From Nemertoderma westbladi (taxonomy: Eukaryota > Animalia > Xenacoelomorpha), in assembly GCA_032718475.1 (NCBI GenBank), contig JAUCBJ010007989.1, forward strand, positions 1 to 41,870: a stretch of DNA of 41,870 bases. The letters run 5' to 3'. Shown here in pieces: positions 10,801 through 21,038 of the stretch; position 1 is the stretch's first letter; each line of letters opens with the position of its first letter. Under the pieces are notes generated by a model that made no database searches, had not been told where the DNA came from, and saw only the letters and a program-made list of their open reading frames with translations. A program made the translations under genes and the position numbers.

Positions 10801-12354
10801 TTGTTGCACACGGAATTCGAACGAAACAGCCCGAGTCAAGTAAGTGAGTCCGAACTACATGTCCAATTCAGTGATGTGAACGACACTGATCAATCTGAGA
10901 TGGAAGGATTCTATACGGACGAGTTCTCCGACGAAAACGAATCCTGTTACTTAATAAACACCACCGCAGTGTATCGAGCACTCATGTATGAGAAAGACAC
11001 AGACAGCGACCTCACCCTAACTACTTCAGATCAACAACAATCTTGGAAAGCGCCAACTTCCAATATAGGAATCCGAGAATTTCCTGTAGTCCAGTTACGG
11101 GTCCACGGACCTCAGAAGAGCTATATAGTGAACGCCCTCCTGGACTCCGGTAGCACAGGAACATTCATCGATAAAGAACTAGCCGAAGTCATCTTTGCTG
11201 GACAACCCAAGTTCCGAACCAAGCTAAACATGTCAGGGATCATGCAGGTTTGGAATTCTACTGTAGCTGCCGACTATTATATAGGTGAGTTGTCCACTCC
11301 ACAGGATAAACTAGGAGAACACAGTATAAGGTCAGTCAAAATGGTGGCAATAAAGAACTTCGCTACCACCCAAGTGGAACCTTATAATTGGGACGAAGAT
11401 GATCATGTCCAACAACTTAACATCCCTAGATTTGACACCGATTATCCTGGAGTACAAATATTAATCGGTCAAAACGCGCATGAGGCGCTGGAGACATTAG
11501 AGAAACGACCTACTCAACCGCAACCACTTCAGACCTATGCGGTAAGAACTAGAGTAGGTTGGTACCTTACTGGACCTTCCCGAAGAACGCTCAGAGAAAG
11601 ACTGCTTCAAGATCGCGTCTGCCAGGTGAGTGAATGGGAAGATGATACTAGTGAGGGAGACGACCCAACTGAGGGAACACCATACTCCTCAGATAATGAC
11701 GATATTAGCTCCAATGTAGATCAATGGAGATATTGCCCCAAGAAGTTTAATCCAACTGACATCGCTTCCAGAGGAGCAACTCCTCAAGAACTGACAGATA
11801 CTACAGACCGGTTAGGTGAACCCGACTTCCTGAGTAAGGAGGATGAATGGCCTCCCCATCTTACTCCGACTGAGATTAGACCAGCCAAGGGAGCGGAGAA
11901 AGTCAAACCTAAAACCAGGACGGGTGGATCGGAGTTATTTGAACCCGGGATAGATCTGTCGGTATTACATATTGCCAGGGACGACGCCGTGGATCTGGAC
12001 CTCCCCACCGCGAGTGGATCCTTCATGAAGATCAGAGAGAGCGATTGGAGCTCTGGAACATCAGACGTCTCGCAGGGACTCTCACCTCTCCTGCAGGGAG
12101 CGACGGACCACTATAGCTCCTGGAATCGGCTTTGTAAGGCCGTCGTGTACCTAGAGCGATGTTTCTATCGTCACTATTCCAGGACGAAGAGGAAACCTGG
12201 AATTGTATTCGGGATGCAGCGACTCAATCACCCAGTCGGTCGTTTGTGTTTACCGGAAGGGAATGGAGGACTCTCCGGAAACTGTGGAAGGCAAGATTCT
12301 CTTCCCACGACCACCTCCCTAATCCTTCAAACATCTAGGGACTCCATAACGTAA
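7807..12354 (+). CDS. BEL/Pao Gag-aspartic protease polyprotein lacking RT/RNase H core and integrase, 1515 aa
   Basis: Capsid-like DUF1759-type region (KFNGDEMKWLPF…EKLRFLIECLEG…LNIRYG); three Cys/His knuckles (CVLC…H…C, CYNC…GH…C, CAKC…HH…LH); protease ALLDSGS at ~11143; AVRTRVGWYLTGP; then directly the post-RNase H motifs WRYCPKKFNPTDIASRG and YSSWNRL. Confidence 0.9.
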   Translation: MSDTTQSLSDSLLDSVRMTVRQCLKKISDPDPSIEHPRSKSKSPPAVRKAIPTVVISDPRLVQHRRSIIGTRAQVKRDQEAAVKQQQHPSQEPSFQRPDSSSSSHTDERTPERGAKMVDKVYDERPTYEESTDATSSQEESEVTAEKPHKRDAIDIYLSDYQRFVGDEELRRRLEGLSPNSEGTKLVLDAIDAEMLAANQAKFDEQLRITRVQEEQVKKKRIEDRKKAAVVAAEAERKAAAAEAAAEAKAAEAERKAAAAAAAAEAKAAEAERKAAEAERKAAEAAAAAEAKAAEAERKAAEAERKAAEAVADAERRATEETIQLELENIQENQDCINKQLTASNMQMMNRSTPKRQGYTSSEEGDTTDTEGKGNRSRLSRRKRTFHRQKLPDLPPAVRRQLNNTNLGSTEPTDQIIKIERLPTIVDEPEIIRPVLEITPSVIDTPVLTEVTSKFPLHSTKLSVPSRTAHETVQVLDPERNIHDLSPVVPRPPATTLATPASAVEWVDERWRAMDLLLEQMQETVQQFKGTVRESRLELQKVQQSIALERDKLVNTQKGIPPPPVTMCQPVRSEVSHAQGVEPTRIYTASEVETPIVNPIKGNYKPVDNDIPYRPDHNPRNLYTDNSILNNTMAQESFTRQMARTEARQAVKVGEIVKFNGDEMKWLPFNEYYKDNIQDSVLSNGEKLRFLIECLEGPPKSMALKFIGHPDGLRQVWDTLNIRYGNRNNIAGYLYAKLVAPRKFISSGIIEFSDEIQEICRQLDWLGKSHEYQSAMVIRAVASTLPKGGVGTRWDKKVLYMMEQQQRDPTMTDLMTFLDGEVKLQLIKQSREKTSENKVSEKPVSRRRVTPVCYTDDGESQTSQGEDSGKDTDRSYYVNKMPKDQVSKSKSRPNDRREPVQKTLPTSPKRIQVRKPEERTSVHHIAQVKVSNIKPKCVLCDGPHRLNACDKFLRKSLKDRREVMWDKRLCYNCLRRGHQRRTCYSDARCAKCGAKHHILLHTEFERNSPSQVSESELHVQFSDVNDTDQSEMEGFYTDEFSDENESCYLINTTAVYRALMYEKDTDSDLTLTTSDQQQSWKAPTSNIGIREFPVVQLRVHGPQKSYIVNALLDSGSTGTFIDKELAEVIFAGQPKFRTKLNMSGIMQVWNSTVAADYYIGELSTPQDKLGEHSIRSVKMVAIKNFATTQVEPYNWDEDDHVQQLNIPRFDTDYPGVQILIGQNAHEALETLEKRPTQPQPLQTYAVRTRVGWYLTGPSRRTLRERLLQDRVCQVSEWEDDTSEGDDPTEGTPYSSDNDDISSNVDQWRYCPKKFNPTDIASRGATPQELTDTTDRLGEPDFLSKEDEWPPHLTPTEIRPAKGAEKVKPKTRTGGSELFEPGIDLSVLHIARDDAVDLDLPTASGSFMKIRESDWSSGTSDVSQGLSPLLQGATDHYSSWNRLCKAVVYLERCFYRHYSRTKRKPGIVFGMQRLNHPVGRLCLPEGNGGLSGNCGRQDSLPTTTSLILQTSRDSIT

Positions 12355-12847
12355 CAACATATGGAGTGGGTGTATGACTCTATTATTTTATATTATTTTA
12401 TTATTTTTATCTTTCTGTATGTATTACTATGTAATTTTATTATAATCGTTTTATTTAATTTAGTAGAATATTATTTAGCGATTATTTAGTACTTATATTA
12501 TATTTAGTGCGACGGCAAGAAATAATTCTTTTCCTCTTTCCTTACTGTCCGTATTATATTATAAATACGTAACTACAGTAAGATGACATATCCGTACTTA
12601 TTAAAGTACAATAAAGCCACTACTATATTCAAGTATTATTGGTAGGCAGAGTATTAGGAATGCAAAGTTCAGATCCTCGTGTCTCGGCTAAACCAAGCTC
12701 TGGGTAGACCTTGGAAACGACTTGCCTCTTCACACTGACATTGCTTCATGCGATATTGCTCTCATACCGTATATTAAATAATACATATAGTAGCGTGATG
12801 TCCCTTTAACAGTAGCGTATAACGCAAACTAAATCTGTTAAACCCTT

Positions 12848-13135
12848 TGACCATCTGTAATTCTAGTCGATTAAGATATCGCGGCACCCACCGATATACT
12901 TGAAAGACAAATTCTAGAATCAGTGGTTAACGTCCCCAGACAAGTTCTGGAATAAATCGGTGCCCATCTCAAATATTAATTATTTAATATTTGCAAATCT
13001 AATAAATCAAAATCTGTAAAATTCAGATCCTTCAACAATTCTAGTCAATTAAGATATCGTAGCATTTACCGATATTCTTAAAAAGACAATTGTCATAGAA
13101 TTAAGGATCTTGTGTCCCCAGACATGTTCTAGAAT
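12848..13135 (+). repeat. Diverged ~180-bp duplication; both units form the same stem-loop
   Basis: Shared ATTCTA/TAGAAT, GTC/GAC, TTAAG/CTTRA and ATATCG/CGATAT helices, with different but paired basal stems. Confidence 0.7.
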
Positions 13136-13967
13136 CAAAATATGTCAATTTAATTATCAAATAATAAAATTTCAGGGAATAAATTTAAATTCATGCCTTT
13201 TAATGAATTTAATAAATTGCCATTTTTACGCAATTTATAACATTCCCAAAATTCCATTAATTAATAGATCAAGGGAGCGGAGATTTATCTTATTATGCGT
13301 ATGAGTGTGCGAAAGTCTCCCAAACATAGTCAATAGCCGATAAAATTCATAAAGTCATGTATAAAACAGGACATTGACCATTAAAGAATTACTATTAAAT
13401 AACATCCCAGATCTGTATGCATTGGAATTACCCTAATTCTACCGCTAGCTTTACATAATGTCACCATAGCAACAACCACGCTAGAATTAGAATTGAGTTA
13501 AAAGAACAATAGAAAGCTTGTCCCATTGAATAGCATAGGGAATAAATAGTGCACTGATAGTATCCAAGGATACATAATAATACAGTGACATTCTGGAAGG
13601 CATTGACTAACGGACAAGTGACCCGAGTGTGTGTAATTTGTGACAAGTTGTGTGTGTGGTATTTGTGAGTTTATAGGCGAATGTTACTACTAAGGTGTGT
13701 TTACAGTAGCGAGTCGCAATTGTGAAAGTAACCCTAACTCTCCAGTAAGAACCTGAGGTGTATCTAAGCCTTTGGGACGGACAGTCGAGTGACTTGTACC
13801 GGTTGTCGTTGTCGTTGTGCGGCTACGTCGTTGGCGAAAGTACAGCGGCGACGACACATCGGTGCTGAGGATCTCGCACTGTCCGGGGGCGGATTGGGGT
13901 AGGCAGCGACGCTCGCTAGCCTAAATATAAACTCATTATAATATTAATAAACTCATATATAGCAGAT

Positions 13968-15299
13968 ATGACGGAGTTGATAGAAGATGGTCTTGGTATC
14001 AGGGAGCGATATAATCTACTTTCAAGCGTTTGTTGATAGCTTGATACGCGGTGATACTAGTCCAACTACTACGAAGGATGATGGTTGTTATATCGAACCT
14101 ACGATTTCCTGGAAGTAACTTACGCGTGAATTGGACTATGGAAAATTCACCGCTCGCTACACGCATTGTAATGGTATGTATATGGACTTCTTAACCATTG
14201 GCCATTCTATCGATTTACACGATACGGACTATGTCGAACATATCCTACCCAGAGGAGTCGAAACGATAAACCAAAATTCTAATGCGAAAATCCTATTCGA
14301 AATCGACTCGAAAGAAAAGACATTAAAGAAACAAATAAACGCGGTAACTCCAACATATATTTGGAATTCTTGATAGAAGCATTGTAACAACAAATAAATA
14401 TCATCCGCGTTTCCCCTACAAGACGTGCGTCTTTGGTATTATTACGATAAATGCCCTAGACCAACCAACAAACGGAAAGACATGAACACCAGTGGAGACG
14501 TTGCTTTGAACGCGGTTTGCTCGCTGTGTTTGCGGGAGTTTCGGGAGAAACTTGTTCGATGTGTTACCCACGCTCTCTCGACTCAGGCGATCCTTGAGTA
14601 GACCTATGATCTGAGTTCCGGAATGCTCGGTCAGACCTCCTCATTCCTTAGTTAGACCTCAGACTCTTGATCCTAACAGTATCACGGATTATCACGAACT
14701 GTACTTACCGTTCAGAGATCCAGTGTTACCCGAACCGTTAGTCGGTGGCACTCAGGTTGTGGGCTCCCTAAATATCCGCCCATCTTACCTGGCCGGATTG
14801 GGGCACGGGCACCCGATATCGCCATTCAATCGTATAATCGGAATCGTTCCCGTTTAACACGATACCACCTGTCATCAAGGTGGAGGAGAGCGTTGTACGA
14901 AAAGAGATAGACGCTATTCTACAAAGATCAGAAAAGAAATCTACGTTTGCTCAGATAAACCTAAATTATAACAGCAAGTCCAAGCGGTAAACGGATTGGC
15001 TTTATCCCAGTTCGATTGGGAAATCCATAGTCTCTAAGACGATATTGAACTTAGACGACCCTATTCTCGGCGAGAGTTTTAGACGAACGTATCCAACGAT
15101 GAGCGGAGGAAAATATCGAGGAGAACATATTGAAACGGCGGATACCCCGACTATAATCCCACGCCTTCTGATGCAATCATATTGCACCCTTCACCCAGGA
15201 GTTATAGCCCTCCTTGTAAAGTGGCTCGCCCCAAAGAGAAAAAGGACTCTGGCTAGCTTTAAAAAACTGCGTAAACGCCGTCCGCGCAAGAAAGACTAA
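13968..15299 (+). pseudogene. Possible decayed second ORF of unknown function inside the BEL element
   Basis: Consecutive long + strand reading segments (including 14131-14373 and 15045-15299) broken by a few stops and frameshifts; basic C-terminal tail; no family recognised. Confidence 0.35.
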
Positions 15300-15369
15300 C
15301 TGTTTAGAGTATTTATGTATATTAGAAATTGTGATTTTGTATATTTTATAGACTTAAATCCCATTTTCT

Positions 15370-15377
15370 GGGAGCGG
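15370..15377 (+). promoter_or_regulatory. Polypurine-tract-like sequence GGGAGCGG
   Basis: Directly precedes the TG of the 3' LTR. Confidence 0.6.
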
Positions 15378-16537
15378 TGTAAAAGCTTTTGTGGGATAAC
15401 TGATTCGTTTGCCTTGCTAACCAGTTCCCCCCAGGCGCTGGAATACTCTAAAAAGGGATCTATAACTCGAATAGTGCAAGCTACCGGCTGATTGGCTGAT
15501 TTGCTGTGCGAAGGGATCTGGGCTACGTTTGATCGTCCAACCAGCTTGGGAAGGTTGCCCCACAGCCCTGCTTTCTGTATCTGCCAATAGGATTTGAGTT
15601 GGTTTTGATTTCGACCTATCACAGATCTACTGAACTGAATTTTCCTATCTGTATGCTCATTCTCTGTGGTGGGTGGAAGCTTTTGTAAATAAGGTTATTC
15701 TTATCAGTTTTTAGTGTTGTTGGTGATTCTAAGCCAGAAGAACGGCTCTGCCTTACACTAGTAGGCTTAATTATAAGGACATATATCCGTTATCATAACA
15801 AAACTGACTGATTGTCACAACTCATGCAACTCAACATACCTAATCAAACACTGTGCATACTTTATATTGTTATACTGCTATTTACTGTTGGTCCTTCATA
15901 ATATGGTTGATGAATTATTATATTTGGAATAACGATAAATAACCCCGAAACCCAATATTCTTGATATACCGAAGGTAAGAGAGAAAGGTTACATATAACG
16001 ATTGTGACTTATGTTAAAGTGGTTTGAATTGAATCTAATGTTATTTGATAGACCCTACATGAGTCAGTCTATGTTCCTTTTATATGTGGCTAAAATCAGT
16101 GAAGATCGGCAGATCAGTGTGCAGTATTGTGCAGCATTGTGTATGAGTGAGACTGATAACGAAGCATTTCCTAAAGAATGCACCATATATGTGAATTATA
16201 ACTAAGCCATATCGTTGTGAGTAGTTTAAGTCATAACTCTGTTTATATAGATAGAGCGCCACGTCCTAAAGGAACTGTTAATATTCCCCGAAGGTGAATA
16301 ATATTGTCAGAGATTATATAATACTGTCAGTCGAATAATACATTAGGCTTACATAGCAATACGATTAAGCCGTCGAACCCAATCTCCCGGGTATATCCAG
16401 CGGGTGAATGATCGCGCACAGATTGGTTTCGACTAGTGTAGTGAATAAAATACTTGTCATAGGCTAAAAGTGATTTATTATCTAGAAGACATCCTAATTT
16501 GGCGGGTTAAACTGCCAAAGGTCTAAAAGCGCGAACA
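15378..16537 (+). repeat. 3' LTR (1160 bp)
   Basis: Direct repeat of 4440-5628 with TGT…ACA termini. Confidence 0.92.
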
Positions 16538-18048
16538 CCCTTAGTTTGTAGGCTATAGATGATTGACATTTCTAGCAATGTTCTTAACATAGGCATTTTA
16601 CTGGAAGTTATTAATACCATAGTTTACCCCAAAAAAACTAAAATTACCCAAATCGCACCAAATCAAAATAAATCTTATAACAGCAACACAGGCTATCTGA
16701 CGATATGGATTAGATCAATGTAGCGGATAGTGACCATTGAAGGGCTTCTTATGCATGCAAAGGAAAATATGATCAGACCCAAATCACACAGTCAGACCTG
16801 ATCTTTTGCTGATCAAATACCGGTAGGTGACTTTGCTGATATGCAGTAACATTTTACGGTACAATTTGATGCGAAAATGTTTTGGCCAGTACTCTGAACC
16901 TTCCAGTGGGGTCTCAGGTCACGCGCGTACCGTGGTCACTGTATCTAGCACCTGATTGGTTCAAATATTCAAACACTGAAAACTTACATAGGCCTTGACA
17001 ATTAGTGATAAGATTTTATGCAAATATGTTTTGGATGGTGTTCTGAATCTCGCGTTGAGGTCCCAAGTCACCCCCATACCGTGGTCATCAGATACGGCGC
17101 CTGATTGGCTAATTCTTTGAACGACGATAACTCGAGTTTGTTTCACTTTGGGATGAAGTTTGAAAGCTAAGAATATTCTCTGGAGTATTCCCTAACTCAC
17201 TGACGATGTTTTATAGCTGTTGGATTGTCGGGTTTTGCTATGTGGTCTATGATTGGTAAATTTTTTGAAAGGCTATATCTCAAGAAGTATTCACTTTGGA
17301 ATGATGAAGTTTATTTTTAAATGTTCTCTAGAGTGTTTCCGATCCCACTAAAGACATCCAATTGCTGTATGACTACCGGTTTCACGCTTTTGATTGTTTG
17401 AATATGCTTGAAAATTTTGCATATAATATATCAAGAAGAATTAATTTTTGCACAAGGAAATAATACTTACAATGCTCTCTGACATGTCTGGTGTATTTTA
17501 AAATCACATCAAATTTTGAACAATTGTAATTGTAATTAATACACCTTCATAATTTCAGTCCCTAGTTACCCAACCCCAGCTTATAGTATATGGTTGCCCC
17601 CGACCCTTCCACCCCCAAATACCAACCCATGTTTCATTTAACATATATTTACAATAACTAATTGTTGTGGAATACTGTATATATTATTATTGATGACTAC
17701 AGTCCCAATCCCAATAAACATTAACTTGGTCGTTTTGGCGGCCAAAATGACCAAAATCACCAAAAAAATGTAGTGTATTCCTATGGGCTACTTGGTCGTT
17801 TTGGCGAAGCGATTTAACTCGAATCAGCTAAGTCCAGACATTCAGTCTCCTTGGCCATCCATTTGGTGGATCTGACTAAATGTCGGCTCGCTTTCATTTT
17901 TATTATTGACAGATTGTTAACTTACCCGGCGCTGAGCCTTGCAGTACTGGAGTCCGCCCACTGAGGCATTGATAGAGTACAGTATACAGTCTTATAAAAG
18001 GAGTTGAATGGGGCTTCGTTAAAGGAGGAGTATGTATAATAATCTGAA

Positions 18049-18198
18049 CGTCCCGAAATTAATTTATGGACGTCCCGAAATTAACTTATGGACGTCTCGA
18101 AATTAATTTATGGACGTCCCAAAATTAATCTATCAACCAATCAGAATCGTAATGAAATAACTAATTAATGGACGTCCATAAATTAATTTCGGGATGTT
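18049..18198. repeat. 22-bp tandem repeat x ~3.5 plus one inverted copy
   Basis: Unit GACGTCCCGAAATTAATTTATG; reverse copy at ~18170-18198. Confidence 0.8.
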
Positions 18199-18288
18199 AA
18201 TTTCGGAAATTAATTTCAATAATATTTTTTTTTATAATAAAAATTTTTTTTAATATTTTTTTACAATGTATAATTCGCGGACACTGCG

Positions 18289-18691
18289 GGGTGACTACAA
18301 AACAAAGACCCAATTATAAAGACCTGCATAATCTTGTTACATGTGTTAACTTTCGTTAATTGTTTTGAATCCCCCGTCACGCCTCTGTAACTTGCTCCTT
18401 TACTAACCTGCTCCTTTAAATAGCAATGGTACATAACGCTCATTGTGACCTGTACAAAACAAAGAGGTAAAGTCGCGTTACGTCCCAAAGAGCGTTAGGT
18501 TCCAAAGAGCTTTAGGTCCCATTGCCAGAGAGAGTGAGGTCACATTGCCATTTAAAGGAGCAGGTTAGTAAAGAAGCAGGTTACAGAGGCGTGTTGGGGA
18601 ACCAAAACAATAAACGAAAGTTAACACATGTGTTTTGTATTTGTACAGGTCTTTATTATTTGGGTCGTTGGTCTTTGTTTTGTAGTCACCC
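18289..18691. mobile_element. Mutator/MULE-like MITE (403 bp) with ~140-bp TIRs and 9-bp TSD
   Basis: GGGTGACTACAAAACAAAGACC…GGTCTTTGTTTTGTAGTCACCC; GACACTGCG duplicated at 18280-18288 and 18692-18700. Confidence 0.8.
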
Positions 18692-19155
18692 GACACTGCG
18701 GTGTTGCGTGGGGGCCACCCACACTCAACTCCCAACTTCCTGGACACTAGGATACTGAGTGAAAGCGTCTAAAACTACTACAGGAACTCCATGACAGACT
18801 ATGTGCTAGCGACTAGGGACTGGCGCCCTTGAACATGTAAACTGTAGTACCTACTGTACCACCTACCTTAAAGTGACCTGTGGGACCAGCCCATTATTAG
18901 CGAGGTCGGCATTTCTCTTTATCCTGCCGCTCTCTTTGTATTACAATAGCATACAGCTAACCAATGGCAATGGTCTACCTCCAGTGCGGTTTTCTATCTG
19001 CCAACATCCTGGGCTTTACTTACACTCAGCCTCTATTCACTGGCTGTGATTGACCAGCCAACTTGCCTCAGAAGTTCCTTTCATGAATGCCGCAATTTAT
19101 ATTTGGCCATTTTGGCCGCCAAAATGACCAAGTTAATGTTTATTGGGATTGGGAC

Positions 19156-19293
19156 CAGTCCCAATCCCAATAAACATTAACTTGGTCGTTTTGGCGGCCA
19201 AAATGACCAAAATCACCAAAAAAATATAGTGTATTCCTATGGGCTACTTGGTCGTTTTGGCGAAGCGATTTAACTCGAATCAGTTCAATCCAG
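19156..19293. mobile_element. Second left end of the same TIR family as 17700
   Basis: ~130 bp nearly identical to 17700-17830, then diverges; no partner TIR seen in the window. Confidence 0.65.
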
Positions 19294-19526
19294 ATGGAGA
19301 GCGCAAATGGAGCATTTGCGCCGTGCGAGAGCATGGCCGACGGCGTTGGCCATGTGGTATTGTTCTAGAATATTACAGTATTATTAATGCCATGTAAAGT
19401 TAAAAGTTAAAGCCCATGTTGCTGATGGAAAATAACAAATGCCTACCTTGATTTTGTTAAGGTCAGTTTTGTTTATACTTGAAGGCTTACATATATAAGT
19501 ATACATGGGCATAATATTCCAAATAC

Positions 19527-19967
19527 TTTTGTTGCGCCTGTCGATTCGTATAAATCGACAGGCGCATAAACCCCCCCAATTTATATTACTTGTGTATTAT
19601 TATTTGTGGAAGTAACACATAACCCTAAGCTGGTGGAAGTGGAGGTCTTTTGGAACACACCAGAGATACCAGAGAACATTATATAAATTATAATTATTTG
19701 CACTAAAGTGAATTCTTCTTGAAATTATGTGCAAAATTTTCAACCATGCATACGAATCAGTACTGTACGTGTAGGCGAATACTGTTTCCTGATTGGTCCA
19801 GATAAGATAGGCCTACTGTATCAATAGAGTATCGTGGTGTTTCGCATTTGTCTGTCAGCAGGGATGTTAAGTGTTATTTTATTCGTTTTTCATTTGTCTC
19901 ACCTAGCTTGACACACGAACGGAGCCGCCGCCGCTTAGCAGGACATTGCCGGCACAGCATTCTTAGT
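19527..19967. mobile_element. Possible non-autonomous Helitron/Helentron-like element
   Basis: Perfect 14-bp stem TGCGCCTGTCGATT/AATCGACAGGCGCA after a T-run at one end; GC-rich patch ending TTCTTAGT at the other. Classification is by resemblance only. Confidence 0.3.
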
Positions 19968-20961
19968 ATATATGCATTATACAGTATATAATGCAGCTGC
20001 AATAAAGCAAGCCGAGAGTAGTAGTAGTATAGTAATCATCGCCAACAGGCAAACAGGCTAGCTGCAGTCGATTTAAGACCTCACAAAAACACATTCTGGA
20101 GGTCTAGAATACAGTATATGTGCCATAAAGGTATTGTATCACTCAGGAAGAAAGGATTATAAACAACGTAATGGCTGACGATTTTCATTTCAGACATTTC
20201 TAGAATGTTATCATTTCATCCCACTAGCAGTAAACTACAGTATGAGAACTGCCGAGGGATTACGTTCCCAACAAAGACGCAGTCTATGGATGGACTACGG
20301 TCGAGCATGTTTATCTGCCAAGTTTCAGCTCGAACGGATTAAACAAGAAATAACGAAATGAGAGAAGGTTTTCACTTTCAGACATTTCGACCTATAGTGG
20401 CAAACTGTAGAAGTGTAGATTGTGTACGTCCCACAAATAAGCAGTCAGTTTTCTAGCACATACAGTATATACAGTATATGTCGCTGATTTAATTTCCGAT
20501 GTCAGTTTTGATTTTTAGTTGAATTTTGTCTGTCTATCTCTCAGTTTGGCTGTCTGTTTTGTCGGTCTTTTTGTCTGTCCGAATGCCTGTCAACATACAA
20601 AAACAACACATTCTAGATAACATTTTCATTATGGGTTTTCGGGGTCGCTGATTTCATTTCCGGTGTCAGTTTTGATGTTCGGCAAAATCTAGTCTGTCTG
20701 TTTAAGTCGGGAAAAACATTTTTTTGGGGAAAATAATGTTAATCAGATTTTTATGGAAACATTCTGTGTAGTATCGTATAAGTTCATACGCCCGACGCCC
20801 GCTAGGCGGCGTATATATATATATATATATACTTACTTCTATACTTACCGGTCGCTTTTATTCAGGGCATGATTACTGACCTTGGTGATTATATTATACC
20901 AGTATACAGACCGCCAGACAACCTTAGTCTGCAACCAGCACGCCCTCGTTATGATCAGTCA

Positions 20962-20970
20962 TGGCGCAGT
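20962..20970 (+). promoter_or_regulatory. tRNA primer-binding site, probably tRNA-Ser
   Basis: TGGCGCAGT directly after the LTR-terminal CA; TGG is complementary to the tRNA CCA end. Confidence 0.65.
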
Positions 20971-21038
20971 GCTAGATACGACCTAACCCATCCTTACTAC
21001 ACTAGGAACTCAATACTCTATTGCCAACACCTGCAAAC

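Larger units (their letters stand above)
4440..16537 (+). mobile_element. Non-autonomous BEL/Pao LTR retrotransposon (Gag + protease only)
   Basis: Two ~1.2-kb direct repeats with TGT…ACA ends flank a BEL-type Gag-PR ORF; purine tract before the 3' LTR; flanks TGTTT and CCCTT give no TSD. Confidence 0.9.
17700..19155. mobile_element. Non-autonomous TIR element, Tc1/mariner-like ends
   Basis: TA|CAGTCCCAATCCCAATAAACATTAACTTGGTCGTTTTGGCGGCCAAAATG at 17700; inverted copy at ~19101-19155; no transposase ORF. Confidence 0.6.

Noticed and set aside
15889-15897. TGGTCCTTC resembling a tRNA-Tyr PBS
   Set aside because: It lies mid-LTR and is not conserved in the 5' LTR copy.
17140-17500. Diverged ~150-bp repeats (similar pairs at 20180-20410 and 20478-20680)
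   Set aside because: Too degenerate to delimit or classify by eye; probably old TE-internal repeats.
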